Assembly: GCA_965220875.1 (NCBI GenBank)
Contig: OZ244849.1
Span: 585,791-649,790 of the forward strand
DNA length: 64,000 bases
From: Gammaproteobacteria bacterium
GTDB taxonomy: Bacteria; Pseudomonadota; Gammaproteobacteria; UBA4575
Direction: 5' to 3'
Of this stretch, positions 1 to 10,469 are shown one piece after another. A model generated the notes under the pieces. The model did not search any database, had not been told where the DNA came from, and was given only the letters and a program-made list of their open reading frames with translations. How positions within the stretch are numbered: position 1 is the first letter of the stretch; every line of letters starts with the position of its first letter. The position numbers were made by a program, and so were the translations under genes.

Positions 1-670
1 GGAAATCGACCGCCCGTGTCCCGTCGCGCCAGTCGAGAACGGTATCGATTATGGTCGACCACCTGGATTCAGAGAATGCCAAGCTATTCAGGGAAAAGGG
101 AGAATAGCTGTCAGGTGTGCCGGAGGTCGGAATGGCAAACATCACCATATCTGCTCCCCAGGCCACACCATGCCCGGCACTCATAAAGTCGGCCAAGCGT
201 GGGGCGGCCGCCACGCTGGCCACGGAGGTCCCGTGGGAAAACTGGCTGCCATCTTCGTCAGCCTTGCCGAACAGAAACACCTCGTCGATGGCTGCCCCAT
301 CCAGCAACAAGTGGTCCTGGTCGATGCCGGTGTCGACAAATCCGATCGTCACACCTGTTCCTGGCGCAATGTCCTGTCCCTTGATCAGTTCAACGTGGGC
401 ATAGGCGCGGTCTGCATGGATGGCCGACAGCCCCCACTGGTTTTTGAAGTTCCTCTGTTCACGGTAGTCTTCTGCATGGAGGTCCGCCTCGTCCTGGTAC
501 ACATCCGGCTCAAGGCAGCCCATGTCGTGGGTGCGGATGCAGGCTGGAAGATCTGGTGGTGCACTTACGATTTCGCTTCCGCTTCCTCCTCCGCCGCCTC
601 CGCCACCGCAGGCAGAAAGGGACACCACCAGGACAATCAGTACGGCAACGCAGATCTTCTCAGGCGGCAG
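1..670 (-). CDS. subtilisin-like (S8) serine protease lipoprotein, 5' portion only; the gene runs off the window start
   Basis: Hand translation of the minus strand gives a lipoprotein signal (KICVAVLIVLVVSLSAC), then a GGGGGGGSGS linker, then the subtilase Asp box (GFVDTGID) and His box (SHGTSVAS). No canonical ATG lies just upstream of the signal peptide: in-frame candidates are CTG at 670 and TTG at 736, and the nearest ATG is at 853. The start is therefore uncertain. This gene is not in the supplied ORF track. Confidence 0.6.
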   Translation of the reverse strand, partial: MPPEKICVAVLIVLVVSLSACGGGGGGGGSGSEIVSAPPDLPACIRTHDMGCLEPDVYQDEADLHAEDYREQRNFKNQWGLSAIHADRAYAHVELIKGQDIAPGTGVTIGFVDTGIDQDHLLLDGAAIDEVFLFGKADEDGSQFSHGTSVASVAAAPRLADFMSAGHGVAWGADMVMFAIPTSGTPDSYSPFSLNSLAFSESRWSTIIDTVLDWRDGTRAVDF

Positions 671-1394
671 AGCCTGGCCTGGATACCCCGATTGCCGGCA
701 AGGCCTGCGTGAAACCGAAGTGCCCGGCCGTTGCAATGCAAGTGGATTTCCAAGGAACCCTGATGCGGTTGCGTTGTTCCGGTCCCGGGCAGGCGGAGAC
801 CCGGTGCCTGTATGCGATGCTATCCATGCGCGAGCACTTCCGGTCCCGGGCATGACAGGGCTTCTCGAGTATCGAGATGCGGTCCTGCCCGCCGTTTTAC
901 CCCGCTTTGCGTTCATTCCGAAATATCCCGGCCATTGCTGAAAAATAACATCACCGACGGGTTGAACAGTCCGTAACGGTACCCCTTCAGAGGGAGCTTC
1001 ACCTGATCGGGCTGCACCACACACCGGCTGCTTCATGCACAGGATGTTCTCCTGGCGATGCTTCGGGTCATTATAGAGCACTCGGGGAAAGAGGTGTCAT
1101 GCCATGTTTTGATAACCTGACGCTTTCAAGCGTTCGTCGATGTACTGACGGGTACGCGACGGCTTCATGCTCCATGGCAGACAATGTGCGCGCGTAGGTT
1201 CCGGAACCGGTTGCTTGACCTGTCTTCGCAGTGGACCCCCTGCACGGTTCCGTAAAGTCACCCTGTGCCGCGATCAGCATGCCTGATCATCCTTTATAGT
1301 ATGATGGAGGTGGATCTGTACAGACCGGGTTGTCCTAGAATTCCAAATCATTCCAGAAACCCTTACTTGCACCAGCCAGCCGAGCATCAATGCC

Positions 1395-2243
1395 ATGAAC
1401 TGCCCTGCAGATGAGAGAACCCCTGCACGCGACCCGCACCGGTTCATCAACGATCTCGAACCCGAGATGATTGATCGCCTGGTGGAAAGGCTGGAGAGCC
1501 GTGGCAAGGACCGGGTATTCACCCGCCTGTTCGACAACTATTCATCCAGGCTTGGTTTGCAAAGTAACGCACAGGTGCTTGAGATCGGGTGCGGGACCGG
1601 TGTCGTGGCCCGTGCGCTGGCCCGCAAGAGCGATGCTGACATTCACGTCACGGGCATCGATCACAGCCCGGCACTCATCAGGGTGGCGTATCGGCTTGCC
1701 GACGAGGAAGGGGTTGCCAACCGGCTCACGTTCGAGGTCGGCGACGCGCATGCGCTTCCCTTCCGGGACGCCTGCTTTGATGCAGTGATCCTGCACACCG
1801 TGATCAGTCATGTCGGCGAGCCCGCCACCGTGCTCGAAGAGGCGAGAAGGGTGCTGTGCCCAGGCTGCACGCTGGTGGTGTTCGACGGCGATTACGCCTC
1901 GCTTACCTACGGATACCCGGACGTCGAGATGGGGCGCAAGATGGACTGGGCCCTGGCACGAGCGGCGTTCAACAATCCCGTTGTCATGCGTGAGTTGCCC
2001 CGGTTGCTGGCTTCCACCGGCCTCGACCTGCATGACACCCTGGCTGACGTGGTATCCGAAATCGGTCAGGCCAGTTATTTCCGTGGCCTGGCAGAAACCT
2101 ATGCACCGCTGATCGCACCGGCCGGACTGGCACGGCAGGCCGAAGTGGATGCCTGGATGGATGTGCAACGCAGGGCCATGCAGGAGAATCGCTTCTTTGC
2201 CTCCTGCAACTATTACAGTGTCCTGGCCCGACGGGCAGGCTAG
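1395..2243 (+). CDS. class I SAM-dependent methyltransferase
   Basis: 282 aa ORF with methyltransferase motif I (LEIGCGTGVVARAL) and an acidic post-I motif. The start may be an internal Met. Confidence 0.7.
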   Translation: MNCPADERTPARDPHRFINDLEPEMIDRLVERLESRGKDRVFTRLFDNYSSRLGLQSNAQVLEIGCGTGVVARALARKSDADIHVTGIDHSPALIRVAYRLADEEGVANRLTFEVGDAHALPFRDACFDAVILHTVISHVGEPATVLEEARRVLCPGCTLVVFDGDYASLTYGYPDVEMGRKMDWALARAAFNNPVVMRELPRLLASTGLDLHDTLADVVSEIGQASYFRGLAETYAPLIAPAGLARQAEVDAWMDVQRRAMQENRFFASCNYYSVLARRAG

Positions 2244-2477
2244 ACCACCCGGTGATGCCCGCCAGCCGACCAGGCTGGCACCCGGATGACCTTTGCCACC
2301 TGCTGACCGGAACAGGGTTTTTCAGGCAGGATGAGTGGGCTGGCCGACGCGATGGACCTCTTCTGGACCCGGGGTGAAGCCAGGGTGCGTGCAGTCAGGA
2401 TGAGCCTTTGACCACCTCGTCCAGGGCTTTTTCCGCATCGTGGAAGATTTCCTGCAGAATCTGCATGCGCTTGAGCT

Positions 2478-2687
2478 TCAGCCCTCGGCCTGGTGCCACA
2501 ATACCTCCTTGATCTTTTCGACCACCGCACTGCGCATCTCGGGCGAAAGGGTCTGGCCACTCCTGTATTCGTGCTTTTCGATCACGTAATCGGCAATGCC
2601 GACGATGTTGTCCGCCACGATGCTGAAATCGACAGACTCCCTGACAGCCTCCAGCATGTCGTCCTCGTTCTTATCCTGTTCTACCAT
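2478..2687 (-). CDS. small acidic hypothetical protein (69 aa)
   Basis: The ORF begins MVEQDKNEDD and is preceded by a strong SD (AGGAGA) 6 nt upstream. No recognisable domain. Confidence 0.4.
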   Translation of the reverse strand: MVEQDKNEDDMLEAVRESVDFSIVADNIVGIADYVIEKHEYRSGQTLSPEMRSAVVEKIKEVLWHQAEG

Positions 2688-2909
2688 TTTATTCTCCTGG
2701 TTTGGCTGCATTCATGCAGGCCCGATGCGTTCACCGACCGAATTTCAGACAGCCGTGCCGGCCACACTCCGCCCGTTACCTGCAAAGTTTTTTCTGTAAC
2801 CGGGTAGCACATTCTGCTACAAGAGGTGTCTGGCAGCAAACGGGAACAGGCTGTCACCGAACCTGAACCGGTGCCGGATTCAAAACTCTCATGAATGAAA
2901 GCCGCATCC

Positions 2910-3740
2910 TCACTGCCTCGCTCCCCCGTATGCGCCCTGCAACCCCTGGGGGTGATCGAACACCCCGCCCACTTCCTCGTGGTCAGGACCGTAGAACGCA
3001 CCCGATAACCGGTTGTTGTCGGCATGGTAACGGCTGAACTGCCCGTCCTCTACCGGCATGTTCTCAAAAATCATGTCGGTATAGGCCTGTCCGGTGGTGG
3101 TATTGGCCATGCCCGTCAAATGCACGTCCGCCAATACCTGGGTACCTATGGTCACGGAAATACTGGCATCGCCCGTCACGACGGATTCGAGATCACTTGC
3201 AATATTGTGATCCCTTGCCGTTGCAAAGCCTGTCCAGGTGGCCTCCACCTCGGGATTGGTATTCGTTGCGTTCCCGGCAATGGTGCCGTAGGTTTGGATG
3301 ACCCCCTGGTCCGGGTCAGTTTCATGCTTGTAAAGTACGACTGTCGATGCAAAGAAACTGTATTCCATCCAGCCTCCGTAACTATGCAGGTCATTGAACC
3401 TGCCGATGACATACTCCACCGCCGTATTGATGCTGTTGGTATCCGGCAGCACTATCGTCTCCTCAGGCAATAACCTGAAAACCTTGTTTGCACGCAGGAA
3501 AGCCGTGTAGCCCACGGAACAGAACAGGCCCCTGCATTCCACGGAAACACGTACCGGCTCTGTTTGGCCGGGCACCCAGTTGATCCTGTCCGTGGAAAGC
3601 AGAAGATTGGCATTCGAGGCGATCCGCTCATAGTCCTGTATCGCAACATATTCAGGTGGAGGAACGGGGACATCACTGGACCCCCCGCCCATGCAGCCAG
3701 TGACAAGCATGCACAGTGCGAGCGTGATGCAGTATTTCAT
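2910..3740 (-). CDS. TbpB-family surface lipoprotein (C-lobe-like 8-strand barrel)
   Basis: Lipoprotein signal MKYCITLALCMLVTGC is followed by a GGGSS tether. The C-terminus LSGAFYGPDHEEVGGVF...GAYGGARQ matches the TbpB/LbpB/fHbp barrel motif (GxFYGPxAEExGG...FGAKxQ). Confidence 0.7.
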   Translation of the reverse strand: MKYCITLALCMLVTGCMGGGSSDVPVPPPEYVAIQDYERIASNANLLLSTDRINWVPGQTEPVRVSVECRGLFCSVGYTAFLRANKVFRLLPEETIVLPDTNSINTAVEYVIGRFNDLHSYGGWMEYSFFASTVVLYKHETDPDQGVIQTYGTIAGNATNTNPEVEATWTGFATARDHNIASDLESVVTGDASISVTIGTQVLADVHLTGMANTTTGQAYTDMIFENMPVEDGQFSRYHADNNRLSGAFYGPDHEEVGGVFDHPQGLQGAYGGARQ

Positions 3741-4054
3741 TCCAAAGCCCCCAGAATCCGGAAGCCGAACGGGAAGCCTCAAGCTGAACATCGGTTGGGA
3801 TTACCCTGTTATTATTGAATCGGGTTTCTGTCCACGCAGCATCTTACCAGATTGCAAAACAGACAGGTACGGGTAGTGCTCCCTGATCCCGCCAACGTGA
3901 TTTTGCACGATGCCTGGACCAGGCTGGGAAGAGACGGTCACCCTGTCGTGTACAATCCATGTCGAAACACCGGGTTCTCTCTCGCGGTGTTCGCCTGTCG
4001 CACAAGCCAGGTCGGGACGTTGCCGTAGCGCGGGAAACAAGCAAAGAAAGGCCA

Positions 4055-4597
4055 ATGAACCGCTTTCTGTATTTTGCCTACGGGTCCAACCTGTTAACCG
4101 CAAGACTCGCGGACAGGTGCCCCTCGGCACGATATCATGCAACTGCATGCACCGATGATCTTGCAATCGAGTTCTCCAAGGAAAGCAGGGATGACGGATC
4201 AGGGAAGGCAACGCTCGTGCCGTCTCACGGGCATCGCCTGTACGGTGTCGTGTACGAGGTGGAGCTGGGTGAACTCGAAATCCTGAACCGGGTCGAATCG
4301 GGCTACGACCTGAGGCATGACTTCAAGGTGACCCTGCCGGATACGGATACCCCCTTGACCGTAAAAACCTATATCGCACCCGAACAGAGCAGAAAGCCTA
4401 GTCTGAAACCGTTCGACTGGTATCTCGCACTGATCGTTGCCGGGGCCATCGAGCATGGATTTCCCCAAGCCGAGATCCGTGCCTACCAAAACATGGAATT
4501 CCGGACCGACAATGAGGGAGAAAACAAGTACGAGGCCTTGAGGCAGCTCAACGAGGCAGGGTTTGAGAGCATAGAACAGGTATTGAATCGAAAATGA
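4055..4597 (+). CDS. gamma-glutamylcyclotransferase-like (AIG2/GGCT fold) protein
   Basis: YFAYGSNL motif at the N-terminus. An RBS-like AAAGAAAGG lies upstream of the Met at 4055. Confidence 0.6.
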   Translation: MNRFLYFAYGSNLLTARLADRCPSARYHATACTDDLAIEFSKESRDDGSGKATLVPSHGHRLYGVVYEVELGELEILNRVESGYDLRHDFKVTLPDTDTPLTVKTYIAPEQSRKPSLKPFDWYLALIVAGAIEHGFPQAEIRAYQNMEFRTDNEGENKYEALRQLNEAGFESIEQVLNRK

Positions 4598-4656
4598 TCT
4601 GTCACGGTTTTCAGATTGGCCGGTGTGGCATCCGGCACCGAGACAGATCGTAGCCT

Positions 4657-6201
4657 TTAGCTGCCGTTGTACGGCACCAGCAGCGAGTTGCCCGTCATCG
4701 ACCTGGGCTGGCGGATTCCCATGAGCTGCAGGATGGTGGGAGCCACGTCGCTCAGGCCCCGGCCGTTCGCCAGGTCCCAGGGCTCGCCGTCCATCACCAG
4801 GCAGGGAACCGGGTAGGTGGTGTGCTGCGTATGCGGCTCACCGGTATGCGGATCGATCATCTCGTCACAATTGCCATGGTCCGAGGTCAGCACCACGGAT
4901 ACGCCCTGCTCCTCTGCGGCATCCAGCACCCTCCCGGTATGAAAATCCATGGCTTCCAGGGCGGCAATCACGGCATCCTGCTTGGCCGTGTGGCCCACCA
5001 TGTCGGCGTTGGCAAAGTTGGTGACGATCAGGGCATAGGCCTTGTTGCGCAGGGCCTTGATCACCTCGTCGGCTACTTCCTCGGCACTCATCTCCGGCTG
5101 CAGGTCGTAGGTTGCCACCTTGGGGGAGGGTACGATCTTGCGATCCTCTCCCTCGTAGGCACCGTCGAAACCGCCGTTCAGGAAGTAGGTTACGTGAGGG
5201 TATTTTTCCGTCTCCGCACAGTGAAACTGGTGCAGCCCTGCCTTGCTGATGATTTCAGACAGGTTGGTTTCCGGCCTGCGGGGCGGAAAGGCCACGGGAC
5301 CGAGAAACCGCTTGCTGTACTTGGTCATTTTGGTAAGCCTGACCGGCCGGTACTCCGGACCCCGGTCAAAGGCGTCGAACTCCTTCTGCGCGAGCGCCTT
5401 GCTGAGCTGCAGCGGCCGGTCGCTGCGGAAATTGCAGAAGATCACCTCGGACTGGGCGGTCATGGGCTGCGCCGCATGCAGCACGGTGGGCAGGATGAAC
5501 TCGTCCGTCTCGCCCCGGGCATAGGCGTTGCGCACGGCATCCAGGGCCGTCCCCGCGCGCCTGCCCTCCAGCTGCACGAGTGCCTGCCAGGCGAGGAACG
5601 TGCGTTCCCACCGGCGGTCACGGTCCATCGCGTAATACCGCCCCATCACGGTGGCAATGGTGCCACCGGCCTGTTTCAGGTGCGGGTTGAGAATTTTGAT
5701 GTACTTTCGCACGCTCTTCGGCGGCGCATCGCGCCCGTCGGCGATGACGTGCACCAGGGGGCGGACCCCGTGCTCCTGGCACAGCTTCACCAGCGCGATG
5801 ATGTGGTTGATGTGCGAGTGCACACCGCCGTCCGACAGCAGGCCGATCAGATGCAGGTGGCCGTCGCCGTCCTCGGCTTTCTTGACGGCACGCACCAGGG
5901 GTGAGACCTCGAACAGGCTGCCGTCTGCAATGGCATCGTTGATGCGGATCAGGTCCTGCCGGATGACCGCTCCGCAGCCGATGGTCATGTGCCCGACTTC
6001 CGAGTTTCCCATCTGGCCTGCAGGCAGGCCCACCGCCTCGCCGGAGGCTTCCAGCACCGTGTGCGGATAGCGTGAGAAGTACTCGTCCAGGCGCGGAGTG
6101 CGGGCCCTCAGCACGGCATTGTTGGCCTTGCTGGGATTGACGCCGAACCCGTCCAGGATGACGAGTGCGACGCGTTTACGGATTTTTGTTTTCTTGGGCA
6201 C
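4657..6201 (-). CDS. gpmI: 2,3-bisphosphoglycerate-independent phosphoglycerate mutase
   Basis: 514 aa, iPGM-like throughout (VALVILDGFG, metal-binding His/Asp regions). Confidence 0.9.
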   Translation of the reverse strand: MPKKTKIRKRVALVILDGFGVNPSKANNAVLRARTPRLDEYFSRYPHTVLEASGEAVGLPAGQMGNSEVGHMTIGCGAVIRQDLIRINDAIADGSLFEVSPLVRAVKKAEDGDGHLHLIGLLSDGGVHSHINHIIALVKLCQEHGVRPLVHVIADGRDAPPKSVRKYIKILNPHLKQAGGTIATVMGRYYAMDRDRRWERTFLAWQALVQLEGRRAGTALDAVRNAYARGETDEFILPTVLHAAQPMTAQSEVIFCNFRSDRPLQLSKALAQKEFDAFDRGPEYRPVRLTKMTKYSKRFLGPVAFPPRRPETNLSEIISKAGLHQFHCAETEKYPHVTYFLNGGFDGAYEGEDRKIVPSPKVATYDLQPEMSAEEVADEVIKALRNKAYALIVTNFANADMVGHTAKQDAVIAALEAMDFHTGRVLDAAEEQGVSVVLTSDHGNCDEMIDPHTGEPHTQHTTYPVPCLVMDGEPWDLANGRGLSDVAPTILQLMGIRQPRSMTGNSLLVPYNGS

Positions 6202-6246
6202 TGTGAAACCGGTTGTTTCTACGCGCGCGATTATGCACCAATTGGA

Positions 6247-7167
6247 TCAGCGTGTCCCCCCGTCCTTCTCATCCCCGTCGTCTTCGGGCTTTTTGAGGGG
6301 TTCGCCTTCGCCCATTTCCTTCGCCTGTTCCTCGGCAGACAGCGGGACCTGGGACGCTTTCTTGCGCCAGGACCGCCTCGGCTTGCGGGCTGGTTTTTCC
6401 CCGGCTGCATCCTCGTCCTCCTCTAGGGACCTGGGCACCCACAGGCGCGACAGCAGCAGGCCGATCTCGAACAGCAGCCATACCGGGATGGCCAGCAGCA
6501 CCTGGGAGATCACGTCCGGCGGTGTCAGCAGCATGCCGACGATGAAGGCCACCACGATCACGTAGGGGCGCTTGGAGGCCAGCTTTTTCGGCGTGGTCAC
6601 GCCCAGCCTGACCAGCACCAGGGTCACTATCGGTACCTCGAACGCAGCCCCGAAGGCGATGAAGATCTTGATCACGAAATCCAGGTAGCGCCCGATGTCC
6701 GTCATCACCGCCACCCCTTCCGGGGCCACCCTCGTGAAGAAGCCGAACACCAGGGGGAAGACGATGAAGTACGCGAAGGCCATGCCCACGTAAAACAGGA
6801 TCGAACTGGACACGAGGAGCGGGAACACCAGCCGCTTTTCGCTGCCGTACAGGCCCGGTGCGACGAAGGCCCAGGCATGGTAGAGGATGATCGGGATGGC
6901 CAGCACGATGCTGAGCAGGAACACGAGCTTGAACGGGGTGAGGAAGGGCGAGGCCACTTCGATCGCCACCATCGAGCTGTCCTCCGGCAGGTGCGCCATC
7001 AGCGGGCCGGCCAGCCAGGCATACAGGGTGTTGGCAAACGGGAACAGGCCCAGCATGACGGCCAGCACGCTGCCCGTCACCCACAGCAGCCGGCTGCGCA
7101 GCTCGAACAGGTGCGACAGTAGGGATTCCTGCTTGGCCTCGGGGTCCCCGGAGTCAGTCGGCTTCAT
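6247..7167 (-). CDS. tatC: twin-arginine translocase subunit TatC
   Basis: N-terminus LLSHLFELRSRLL and six-TM architecture. Downstream of tatA/tatB. Confidence 0.9.
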   Translation of the reverse strand: MKPTDSGDPEAKQESLLSHLFELRSRLLWVTGSVLAVMLGLFPFANTLYAWLAGPLMAHLPEDSSMVAIEVASPFLTPFKLVFLLSIVLAIPIILYHAWAFVAPGLYGSEKRLVFPLLVSSSILFYVGMAFAYFIVFPLVFGFFTRVAPEGVAVMTDIGRYLDFVIKIFIAFGAAFEVPIVTLVLVRLGVTTPKKLASKRPYVIVVAFIVGMLLTPPDVISQVLLAIPVWLLFEIGLLLSRLWVPRSLEEDEDAAGEKPARKPRRSWRKKASQVPLSAEEQAKEMGEGEPLKKPEDDGDEKDGGTR

Positions 7168-7522
7168 TCTTTTCAGGCCCCGGCTTCACCGGTTTTTCCC
7201 TGGCGGATTCGATCTGTTCCTCGACGGCCTTGACCAGCGTGTCATCCCCGTCGTCGTCCAGCTCCTGCTCGATCTCCCGCTGCGTGCCTTTCAGGATTTC
7301 CTTCAGCTCACCGATTTCGTTCTGCTGCTTGTCCAGGATTTCCTTCAGCTCGGCCGCGCGGATCTCGGACTCGATATCCGCACGGAAGGCCTCGAACATG
7401 CGCCGGGCCTTGCCTACCCACCTTCCGGCCTGGCCCGCCAAGCGCGGCAGCTTTTCCGGCCCGACCACCAGCAGCACGACCACCATGATGAGGGTGAGCT
7501 CCCAAAAGCCGAAATCAAACAT
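7154..7522 (-). CDS. tatB: twin-arginine translocase subunit TatB
   Basis: MFDFGFWELTLIMVVVLLVVGPEKLP N-terminus, then an amphipathic helix and an acidic tail. Confidence 0.85.
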   Translation of the reverse strand: MFDFGFWELTLIMVVVLLVVGPEKLPRLAGQAGRWVGKARRMFEAFRADIESEIRAAELKEILDKQQNEIGELKEILKGTQREIEQELDDDGDDTLVKAVEEQIESAREKPVKPGPEKNEAD

Positions 7523-7534
7523 GGTTCGAGAAGG

Positions 7535-7717
7535 CTACTCTTTCGTCGAGGGCTCATCCGTCTTTGAATCTTCGGGCTCGCTTTCATCTTTCACGGACTT
7601 GCGGAAATTCTTGACCGCGCTGCCGATGTCACCACCCATGTTGCGTAGTTTCTTCGTGCCGAAGATCAGCAGTATGATCAGCAGTATGATCAGTAACTGC
7701 CAGGGGCTGATTCCCAT
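7535..7717 (-). CDS. tatA: twin-arginine translocase subunit TatA
   Basis: 60 aa: [28 protein letters not shown]. Confidence 0.9.
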   Translation of the reverse strand: MGISPWQLLIILLIILLIFGTKKLRNMGGDIGSAVKNFRKSVKDESEPEDSKTDEPSTKE

Positions 7718-7753
7718 AACGTCTACTCCCGTTCAGTAAATAAGTCTCTGCGG

Positions 7754-8083
7754 TCAACCTGCGGACTTGCGTTGGGCTTTCTCCACGAGCCCCGAGACGC
7801 CGAAACGCCCGGCCAGCTCGTCCAGTACCGCCTCGTGGCCCAGGCCCTTGTAGGCCAGCAGCACCATGCAGTGAAACCACAGGTCCGCCACCTCGTGGAC
7901 CAGGTGTTCGAGGTCCTCCCCGCCACCCGCCTCCACGGTTTCTTCCGCTTCCTCGCTGATTTTAGCAAGAATCTTCTCGAGTCCGCCTGCATACAGCCCT
8001 GCCACGTAGGACTCCCCGACCGGAGCCCCCTTGCGCTGATCCAGGATCTCGGTGATCTGGTGCAGGATATCCTCAGTGCTCAT
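7754..8083 (-). CDS. hisE: phosphoribosyl-ATP pyrophosphatase
   Basis: HisE-like (ILHQITEILDQRK...LWFHCMVLLA). Start chosen at MSTEDIL. No hisI domain is present. Confidence 0.8.
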   Translation of the reverse strand: MSTEDILHQITEILDQRKGAPVGESYVAGLYAGGLEKILAKISEEAEETVEAGGGEDLEHLVHEVADLWFHCMVLLAYKGLGHEAVLDELAGRFGVSGLVEKAQRKSAG

Positions 8084-8142
8084 TATCTTTATCCACCCGT
8101 TGTCCGCCAGCATCTACAGTACCACATGCCGGGCCCGAATCC

Positions 8143-8940
<798 letters not shown>

Positions 8941-9007
8941 GGGCGGGTGGAGGAATGTTCAGTGGTTCAGGCCGATCCCGGGACCGGCCGTTCAGCGGTG
9001 TTGCATC

Positions 9008-9751
9008 TCATGCCTCGCCGGTCGCATCATCCGCCAGCGCCTGGGCCTGTTCCAGCTTGATGGTTCCCTCGTACAGGGCTCGCCCGACGATGACCCCGAC
9101 GATGCCTTCCTCGTCACACTCGCACAGCCTGCGGATGTCGGCCTCGTCGGTGACGCCGCCCGATGCGATCACCGGGATGTGCACGGCGCCTGCAAGCTCT
9201 GCGGTCGACTCGACGTTCAACCCCTGCATCATGCCGTCGCGGCTGATGTCCGTGAACACGATGGCCGCCACCCCGTCGGCCTCGAAATGCTGTGCCATGT
9301 CGATGGCGTCGTGGTGGGACAGCTTGGACCAGCCGTCGATCGCCACCTTGCCGTTGCGCGCATCCAGCCCGACGATGATGTGCCCCGGGAATTCCAAGCA
9401 CAGGTCGTTGACGAAATGCGGGGTGCTGATGGCACGCGTGCCGAGGATCACGTACTGCACGCCGATGTCCAGGTAGTTTTGCACGGTATCCTCGTGGCGG
9501 ATGCCGCCGCCGACCTGGATCGGCAGATCGGGGTGTTTGGAGGCGATGGCCTCGACGATCCCGGCATTCTGCGGAGTGCCTTTGGAAGCTCCGTCCAGGT
9601 CCACGATGTGCAGGCGCCTGGCACCGGCCTCGACCCAGGTGTCCGCGACGCTGACCGGGTCATCGGAGAACACCGTGACATCATCCATGGCACCCTGGCG
9701 GAGGCGCACGCATTTGCCGTCCTTGAGGTCGATGGCTGGAATGACGATCAT
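9008..9751 (-). CDS. hisA: ProFAR isomerase
   Basis: MIVIPAIDLKDGKCVRLRQG. Confidence 0.95.
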   Translation of the reverse strand: MIVIPAIDLKDGKCVRLRQGAMDDVTVFSDDPVSVADTWVEAGARRLHIVDLDGASKGTPQNAGIVEAIASKHPDLPIQVGGGIRHEDTVQNYLDIGVQYVILGTRAISTPHFVNDLCLEFPGHIIVGLDARNGKVAIDGWSKLSHHDAIDMAQHFEADGVAAIVFTDISRDGMMQGLNVESTAELAGAVHIPVIASGGVTDEADIRRLCECDEEGIVGVIVGRALYEGTIKLEQAQALADDATGEA

Positions 9752-9778
9752 CTTCCGGTTCTTCGTATCTGTGCGGCC

Positions 9779-10420
9779 CTATCCGTCCCAGTGCATGAAG
9801 TTGCTGAGCAGCCGGAGACCTGGGTCCGCGCTTTTTTCGGGATGGCACTGCATGGCGAACACGTTGTCCTGCGCGATCACGGAGGCGAACGGGATGCCGT
9901 AGTCGGTCGTGCCTGCAACCAGGTCCGGCCGGGTACACTGCACGAAGTAGCTGTGCACGAAGTAGAAATAGCTGGACTGCGGGATGCCGGCCCAGAGCGG
10001 ATGATCCTGCTCCTGGCGGATGCTGTTCCAGCCCATGTGCGGAATCTTGTAGCGCCCCTCGCCTGCGCCCGCGGATATGTGGTTGCCGAAGTACTTCACC
10101 CTGCCGTCATACAATGCCAGGCATCCGGTGCCTTCATTTTCCTCGCTGTCCTGCATGAGCACCTGCATTCCCATGCAGATCCCCAAGAACGGTTTTTGCC
10201 GGGCCGCCTCCCTCACGGCATCGAACAGGTCCAGTGCATGCAGGGCGCGCATGCAGTCAAGTGCCGCACCCTGACCCGGGAATACCACCTTGTCACTTGT
10301 GGCGATTTCTTCTGGATTCGATGCGACCCGCACGCGGTCTGCAGGCCCCGCAACATGCTCGACCGCCTTTATTACAGAATAAAGGTTTCCTATTCCGTAA
10401 TCAATTATGGCAAGGCGCAT
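9779..10420 (-). CDS. hisH: imidazole glycerol phosphate synthase glutaminase subunit
   Basis: Starts MRLAIIDYGIGNL. The track ORF extends falsely upstream to 10609. Confidence 0.9.
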   Translation of the reverse strand: MRLAIIDYGIGNLYSVIKAVEHVAGPADRVRVASNPEEIATSDKVVFPGQGAALDCMRALHALDLFDAVREAARQKPFLGICMGMQVLMQDSEENEGTGCLALYDGRVKYFGNHISAGAGEGRYKIPHMGWNSIRQEQDHPLWAGIPQSSYFYFVHSYFVQCTRPDLVAGTTDYGIPFASVIAQDNVFAMQCHPEKSADPGLRLLSNFMHWDG

Positions 10421-10469
10421 GGAAGTGACGGTCGGTACACGGGCCTGCTCGCAGGCACAGGAAGCGGGT

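Noticed and set aside
712-1394. About 680-bp gap with only short ORFs (69 and 87 aa, minus strand) between the subtilase and the methyltransferase
   Set aside because: No RNA-gene hallmarks, repeats or CRISPR-like periodicity were seen. The short ORFs have no motifs. Part of the gap is probably the subtilase 5' leader or an alternative upstream start region.
7660-7700. 12-nt tandem duplication (CAGCAGTATGAT x2) inside tatA, encoding [11 protein letters not shown]
   Set aside because: The transmembrane-helix length is identical to E. coli TatA (11 residues between Q and FG), so this is not an insertion or frameshift. It is low-complexity hydrophobic coding, only a potential slippage site.
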